This document shows positions 59,126-64,000 of a DNA stretch of 64,000 nt, one piece after another. Where the stretch lies: assembly GCA_013290025.1 (NCBI GenBank), contig JABCYV010000001.1, forward strand, positions 545-64,544, written 5' to 3'. The position numbers were made by a program, and so were the translations under genes. The DNA comes from Acidobacteriota bacterium (lineage in GTDB: Bacteria > Acidobacteriota > Terriglobia > Terriglobales > Acidobacteriaceae). Below the pieces are notes generated by a model. It worked only from the letters and a program-made list of their open reading frames with translations, was not told the origin of the DNA and ran no database searches. How positions within the stretch are numbered: position 1 is the first letter of the stretch; every line of letters begins with the position of its first letter.

Positions 59126-59390
59126 GTGGGTGTTGTCGCTCCCTATCGACTAACCTTGGGGATCAGTGGGGGCTTACCCGTATTGATGGTAGTACGAATC
59201 GTCTATAACACCTAGAAAATTCAATCCTTACTTTCGTGATTACCCTTGCGATTGGCGCCTCAGAGCGCAACCCAATATCGATGGACGCGAGTAGCAGAGC
59301 GGTGACACCCAACCACATTTTCACTTTACTTACCGCGAGCTGGGAGCTATGGTTTACGGTTCCGCCTCCTTCCCCCACTGAGGAGATTCC

Positions 59391-60101
59391 GTGAACAAGA
59401 TAGCGTTCGTAATCCTCCTGCTCTTGGCGGGCGTTGCAGCAGGACAGACTAGACCTGCGCGCGGACCGACACACAAGCAAGAGACACCTCACCTGCAATT
59501 CGTGAAGGAATTTGTTCGGGAACTCATCGAAGATGAGGACTTGAAAACGAATGGCGAGAAGGAACTCAATGAGGCGCATACTCCGAATGAGAAGTTCTCA
59601 GCGGGCATCTACTTCAGCAAGTCCACGCAGCTAGCGTTGCGCTCTCAGACCGCCATGCTCAAGAGCATGCACCTGAATGATCCATTTGACGATCTGATCC
59701 CAACTCTAATTGCGTTCAATCAACGCCAGATTGACTTGCATCAGAAGCTGATCGACATGAGCGGGAAGTTCCTGGCTGGACCCAAGCCCGGTGTGGATTA
59801 TCAGACGCTGATGGCGAAGCTACCGGAGATCCGCGCTGAACTAGACGACGTCCGGAAAGGCTTGTTTGACGCGGCACCCATGGTGTTCATGTCGCTGATC
59901 GACATGAAACCGAACTCTCAAAATCACGTCAACCACCTCATAATCACGAAAGCTGAGAAGGCCGACTTGCGAGATCAGCTAAACATCCTTCTGAAAGACG
60001 AGCCCGATAGGGGAGATCACGACTATTACATCAGTGCCGCGATGATACTCAGAGCTGCCCTGCAGAAGGACTACAAGTGTGCGGATGATCCCTGGGACTA
60101 G
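59391..60101 (+). CDS. secreted hypothetical protein
   Basis: GTG start, and signal peptide MNKIAFVILLLLAGVAAGQ. Confidence 0.6.
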   Translation: MNKIAFVILLLLAGVAAGQTRPARGPTHKQETPHLQFVKEFVRELIEDEDLKTNGEKELNEAHTPNEKFSAGIYFSKSTQLALRSQTAMLKSMHLNDPFDDLIPTLIAFNQRQIDLHQKLIDMSGKFLAGPKPGVDYQTLMAKLPEIRAELDDVRKGLFDAAPMVFMSLIDMKPNSQNHVNHLIITKAEKADLRDQLNILLKDEPDRGDHDYYISAAMILRAALQKDYKCADDPWD

Positions 60102-60104
60102 CAG

Positions 60105-60479
60105 ATGAAACCTTGGACATATGTTGCCGTTCTCTTCTTGACGACCACACTGTGGGGACAGGTCAGGGTCGCCACCATTACCAACGAAACCACACCTGCG
60201 TCGAAGGCTGTGATGACCGCGTTGCGGTCCAAGATCGCCAGCCATCCCAAGCAGTTCACGCTTGTGGATAGCAAAGACCCGGAGGTGAGCCTGCTGGTGA
60301 CACTCGATTGCATACCGCAGTCGCAGAAGACAGATCCGTTTGATTGTTTCTACACGACATCCTACGCCGGAGGCACTACGAAGTCCTTTATGGGCGGTGG
60401 AATCTACGAGGCGACCACGGCAGATGCGGCAGCTGACAACTTCTTGTCGGCGATCGCTCAAGACATCGTGGAAAGGTAG
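60105..60479 (+). CDS. secreted hypothetical protein
   Basis: Signal peptide MKPWTYVAVLFLTTTLWGQ. Lies 4 nt after the upstream stop. Confidence 0.55.
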   Translation: MKPWTYVAVLFLTTTLWGQVRVATITNETTPASKAVMTALRSKIASHPKQFTLVDSKDPEVSLLVTLDCIPQSQKTDPFDCFYTTSYAGGTTKSFMGGGIYEATTADAAADNFLSAIAQDIVER

Positions 60480-61041
60480 GATGGGATGGTGCGGGCGAAC
60501 GCGATTGAAAACCTCGAGGCGTGCCTCATGCTCACGCAGTCGAGTTGCAAGGTACCTGATCCCCTGGTTCCCGAACTCAAAGTGAAGATCATCAACCTGT
60601 CGCAGTATCTCCAGCACGGTGGTGGACTCAAGAAGTGAGTACCAACTGCGGTACCAACCACGGCTAAAGCTGCTACTGCATGACTACTGAAAAACTGCCG
60701 CAGAACCCGCTAGAACGTTGATAAACATTAGGTTTCCTCAACAAGCTCGGCAGTTGGCGGCCCTCAACCGTTTAATCAGTAGGTTGACGGTTCGATTTGT
60801 TCATCGTTGAGCCTGCGTATTGGGCAGAGTACTCTCTTGCTTATTCCGCAAGGGAACGCACGTTGTGCGGTGTAGAGATTGCGAGTGCGGCACACCTCCT
60901 GCGCACAGCAGGCTTCATTTGAGCTCGCGTAGCGCGTGCATTAGAGCCTCGACGACTAATGGAATGTCAGCCAGATGCCATCTGGTGACCTGTCGCGCAG
61001 TCAGCACCCCCGATGAAGTCAACGATCGAAGGGCTATCACG

Positions 61042-62316
61042 TCATGTGAAATAACGAAAGCGAGCATTTACCCTCTTGCCACTTGGGACTTGTTTCAAAA
61101 TGTCTCCTACGCGGCGAGCAGCCCGCACCGTAATAGGGTCACCCGAATCGAACTGAGTATTGTTGAAATTGAGCTTTGATAAGCCGACGAGCTCACGGGC
61201 GAGGTCGGCGGCACTGGTTTCGCCATCCTCGCGGACAAATTCTAGCGCTCGGGGTATGTAGGCGCCGGGGTAGACCTGGAAGTATGGAACTGTACCCTTC
61301 AGGTATACGATTCCGGACTTCTCATCGAACAGCATCGCGGTGCCACGAACCATCGGCGAATCACCTGCGCGTAAGATGCGAGCCCCTGATCGTCTCACGC
61401 TCACCAGATCGAGGAACTCGAGCTTCTCGTCCTCCGCCGCCCGCTTGAATCCCTCCTTTTCGTTTGCATTGAAGTAGGAGGTCTTGTGCATGACGAGCCT
61501 CGCGGGCATGGTCTTGTGCTCGCGCCGATAGGTTGCCAGACCATTGGCGAGCAACTCGTGGGCGTTCTCTTCGGACAAATGGGGGCTGCGGTCATCTTTG
61601 TCGTAACTGGCGCTCCCGCCCTGTACAATCAATCCCTCACCGCGCTCGTCGAAAACTTGGGCCACGCTGGTCATGAGCTTGTCGCCAGCCACACTTCGGA
61701 AGAAGCTCACACCTACATAACATGTGGTAAGCACCGCAGGCTGTCGGGCAAGACGCCAAGGCACGCCGCCCGCCTTGTAGTAAAGCGCCGTATGGAAATT
61801 CCAGGCGGTCGTCGCTTTATCCTGCAAGCGTCTGCCGCGCATGCGCCCCGCGGACACTGAGCCATACGTATCGGGCCGCGACAGCTGACATGGCAGCTGG
61901 AGATCGATCGCCTGTGCTTTGAACAGATCGTGAAAATTGAGACTGGAGGGCGGCGATGCCTGCTGTTCCGGAGCCGGCTCTTGCAGCTCATCGATCGGCG
62001 GGTCGGCCACCGGGGCGGCGCGCGGGGTGTCTCCTAATGCGAAGATCTCCGGCGGTGGCGCTACAACCAGTACATGGAGCCCGCTCCTTCCTGCGAGGTC
62101 GCGGGCGTGGTCCATAAAGGCGCCAACAATATGCGGTAGTGGATCAGACTTGGCGAGCGCCGCCAAGAGTTCGTGACGCGTGATTGTGCGCGTCGCCGCG
62201 TCTGACAACTCTAGGGAGGTTCCAAATACCTCTGTGTCATGCCTGGAAAGGACGGCCGGAGGGCTTTCAGCTTCTGTTCGTCCGAGGCGACACCGTGCTT
62301 GCAGTGTTCCAGCCAA
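61042..62316 (-). CDS. short prokaryotic Argonaute, main MID-PIWI part (continues from the 62211-62492 fragment after a frame break)
   Basis: EVFGTSLEL, LHVLVVAPPPEIF, TAWNFHTALYYKAGGVPWRL, CYVGVSFF, ARLVMHKTS, LNFNNTQFDSGDPITVRAARRVGDIL and the C-terminal FRYFT line up with SPARTA/SPARSA-type short pAgos as I remember them. Confidence 0.85.
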   Translation of the reverse strand: MAGTLQARCRLGRTEAESPPAVLSRHDTEVFGTSLELSDAATRTITRHELLAALAKSDPLPHIVGAFMDHARDLAGRSGLHVLVVAPPPEIFALGDTPRAAPVADPPIDELQEPAPEQQASPPSSLNFHDLFKAQAIDLQLPCQLSRPDTYGSVSAGRMRGRRLQDKATTAWNFHTALYYKAGGVPWRLARQPAVLTTCYVGVSFFRSVAGDKLMTSVAQVFDERGEGLIVQGGSASYDKDDRSPHLSEENAHELLANGLATYRREHKTMPARLVMHKTSYFNANEKEGFKRAAEDEKLEFLDLVSVRRSGARILRAGDSPMVRGTAMLFDEKSGIVYLKGTVPYFQVYPGAYIPRALEFVREDGETSAADLARELVGLSKLNFNNTQFDSGDPITVRAARRVGDILKQVPSGKRVNARFRYFT

Positions 62317-62492
62317 TCGCGCATCCCGTCTACGGTGGCCGTTGTCCCGATCACTCCGATTCGAATCGGGACAGGCACCCCGGTGCTGCCTTTGTCGAAC
62401 GTGCCAAAGGTCGAGAGTCCAGCGCGGATATCGATGTGCAATTTATTCTGATGGAATGCGAGCTGGGGCTCTTCTATGATTTGCAGCTTCAT
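62211..62492 (-). CDS. short prokaryotic Argonaute, N-terminal fragment (same gene as 61042-62316, different frame)
   Basis: MKLQIIEEPQLAFHQNKLHIDIRAGLSTFGTF...RPSFPG matches the short pAgo N-terminus (compare ...YIEEP.ILFAHGQK..D.RDGL.LFGP...RPMFPGFE.VF). ATG 62492 overlaps the upstream stop (ATGA). Confidence 0.8.
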   Translation of the reverse strand: MKLQIIEEPQLAFHQNKLHIDIRAGLSTFGTFDKGSTGVPVPIRIGVIGTTATVDGMRDWLEHCKHGVASDEQKLKALRPSFPGMTQRYLEPP

Positions 62493-64000
62493 CCCCCGAG
62501 CTCCTTGTCTCCGGAAGGGACTAGTAAGGGCGCATCCAGCGCTGTCAGAGAGCTCTCGTCCACACCGGATGCGAATCGAAACGAGACGAGGGGGGCGAAC
62601 TCAAGCAGCCGTGACCGATCCGCCCGAGTCCATGGTGCCCGAAGAGCCGCTTGCCATAGCAGCAGTTGACTCAACACCGAGCGGTTCCGCTCGAAGCGCT
62701 TGATTCCGGAGAGGCGATTCTCGTGAAATCGGTCCAAGTCCATTCCATTTCGGGTGAACCGATACGTCGGGGTGATCTCCAGATACCATTGGCCACCTAA
62801 GGACCGAAAGCGGCCTTGGAACGCGCCGTGGCGCAGGTACTTATGGGGCTTTCCGCTCTTCGCTTTGTGCTCATAATGCGAGACCACCGTAGCGGTGCTC
62901 CGGACCTTGACGTTCGGATACTTGAGACGCCGAGGCGATTCGTCCGGCCGACCCATGAAGGCGTACACGTCCTGGTCTTTGTGATATCGAATGCCCTGCG
63001 CCCAGAGATCTTCGCGCAGCGCAGCATTCAACAGGTGCACAAACAGGCGGCGCTTGTTCTCGTCATCTGAGATCGCCCACTCCTCAGTGTTGAATCGATC
63101 CAAGCCGCCAAGGTCGACGATCTTCTTCAGCCGCGAGCGCTCGGGATCGACAAAGCTATACAGATTGCCATCGTGTAGCGTCCATGCTCCGGGGACATAG
63201 ACCGCAGATTTACCTGAGACACCTTGCCTAAGGAGGAACCAAGAGTGCTTTACTGTTTTGGTCAGCGCTGGGGCAATGTACAAGATGTCAGGAAAATGCC
63301 TTAACGGAATGAGGTTGGCAAAGCCCTCCTCCACTCCGGCCGCCCGATAATCCCGTCCTTCTCGGGAATCGTCATGATGTAGTGCAGGAACCGGGTCGGC
63401 CTGCGGTTTCAGCGGTTCGCGCAGCGGGACCGGCCGAGTCCGAAGGTACCCGCGAGTAAAGGCCGAAGCTGAGGCGCACGCATACTTGGTCCAGGCATCT
63501 TGGCGCCTGAATCCGACGATATCGCTTATGCCCCGAATCGATAGCATCGGAGTTCTATCCCGAGTAGCTCGGTGAACGCCTGCTGACTCCATCTCGATCG
63601 CCAGAATGCCGCGGGCGCTCGTAATCCAGGGAAAAAGCACCCTGGGATCTTTCACAAGCCGGTCGCTGGAGGCGATGGGCCCTGCGGTGAACGTGGGCGT
63701 TCTCGCCGCGACTTCCTCGCCGTAATGCACTTGCAGCTTTTCCCGCAATTCCCGCTGCCAAGTCTTGGGTCCGTACAATTTTCTTGGGGCAGACTTGACG
63801 GCTGGCTTATGCGGCAACTCCGCCCACCATTCACCGAGCTCCGACTCGCGTGCACCGAGGTTCGCAATACCAGCTGCGATCGATTTGGCGATCGGACCGC
63901 CCCCGACGTTATATGTCGTATCCTCTTGGAATTTGCGCGCCTCGACGCTGAAGTCGAGGATTCGGGTTGAGAGAACGACATCCCCGAGGGTGATGTCGTC
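62489..64000 (-). CDS. nucleoside phosphorylase/nucleosidase-like (PNP_UDP-type) domain fused to an APAZ domain; 5' end beyond the window
   Basis: The frame is open to base 64000 (DDITLGDVVLSTRILDF...). N-terminal domain motifs are GDVVLS, IEMESAG and IRGISD. C-terminal half motifs are ANLIPLRHFPDILYIAP, EEWAISDD..RRLFVHLLN, YLRHGAFQGRF, WYLEITPTYRFTRNG and IKRFERNRSVL (APAZ-like). Confidence 0.78.
   Translation of the reverse strand, partial: DDITLGDVVLSTRILDFSVEARKFQEDTTYNVGGGPIAKSIAAGIANLGARESELGEWWAELPHKPAVKSAPRKLYGPKTWQRELREKLQVHYGEEVAARTPTFTAGPIASSDRLVKDPRVLFPWITSARGILAIEMESAGVHRATRDRTPMLSIRGISDIVGFRRQDAWTKYACASASAFTRGYLRTRPVPLREPLKPQADPVPALHHDDSREGRDYRAAGVEEGFANLIPLRHFPDILYIAPALTKTVKHSWFLLRQGVSGKSAVYVPGAWTLHDGNLYSFVDPERSRLKKIVDLGGLDRFNTEEWAISDDENKRRLFVHLLNAALREDLWAQGIRYHKDQDVYAFMGRPDESPRRLKYPNVKVRSTATVVSHYEHKAKSGKPHKYLRHGAFQGRFRSLGGQWYLEITPTYRFTRNGMDLDRFHENRLSGIKRFERNRSVLSQLLLWQAALRAPWTRADRSRLLEFAPLVSFRFASGVDESSLTALDAPLLVPSGDKELGG

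Noticed and set aside
59979-60617. 212-aa minus-strand ORF
   Set aside because: It overlaps the ends of two plus-strand signal-peptide ORFs and has Arg/His-rich composition. A 50-aa plus-strand ORF (60486-60638) is equally unconvincing.
60700-60800. Possible tRNA-like or att sequence (GGTTGACGGTTCGATT) that could be the other island end
   Set aside because: The T-arm cannot close (no CCGTC 3' strand), and there is no match to the 45-nt tRNA-Met fragment.

Overview
The window is a GC-rich bacterial chromosome segment. Its protein families and its GGTGGCCCACTCAAGCC...GGCTTGAGTGGG hairpin repeats look Acidobacteriota-like, but that assignment is my inference. About 65 protein genes can be supported. 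I found no rRNA, no intact tRNA and no CRISPR array.

Content from left to right:
- 0-14.6 kb: housekeeping and envelope genes (AraC regulator, SDR, GT2/DUF2064/membrane-GT cluster, Ser/Thr kinase, NIPSNAP, PP2C phosphatase, radical-SAM/SPASM plus methyltransferase). REP-like hairpins and a decayed RAYT transposase are scattered among them.
- About 14.65 kb: an orphan 3' half of tRNA-Met, which looks like an integrase att scar, followed by an AT-richer accessory patch.
- 18.6-24 kb: a molybdopterin oxidoreductase operon, then a malic enzyme-fumarase pair bracketed by repeats.
- 24.2-34.6 kb: a urease operon (ureDA..BCEFG) interrupted by a candidate selenocysteine glutaredoxin-like gene, followed by duplicated beta-propeller/cytochrome P460 pairs.
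- 36-54 kb: a CopB-type ATPase, then a signalling region with two paralogous modules of PAS kinase, FixJ-type regulator, stand-alone receiver and receiver-less sigma-54 activator. Each module is followed by a candidate -24/-12 promoter.
- 54.9-57.3 kb: a decay zone (Prx-like pseudogene with TGA at the Cys position, SDR stub, serine recombinase pseudogene).
- 57.3-64 kb: an AT-richer, defence-island-like end. It holds an uncharacterised three-gene cassette with a 2-TM protein, and a short prokaryotic Argonaute operon.

The main finding is the Argonaute operon. Its APAZ partner carries a nucleoside-phosphorylase/nucleosidase (PNP_UDP-like) effector domain instead of SIR2, TIR or a nuclease. The pAgo reading frame is broken once in this sequence.
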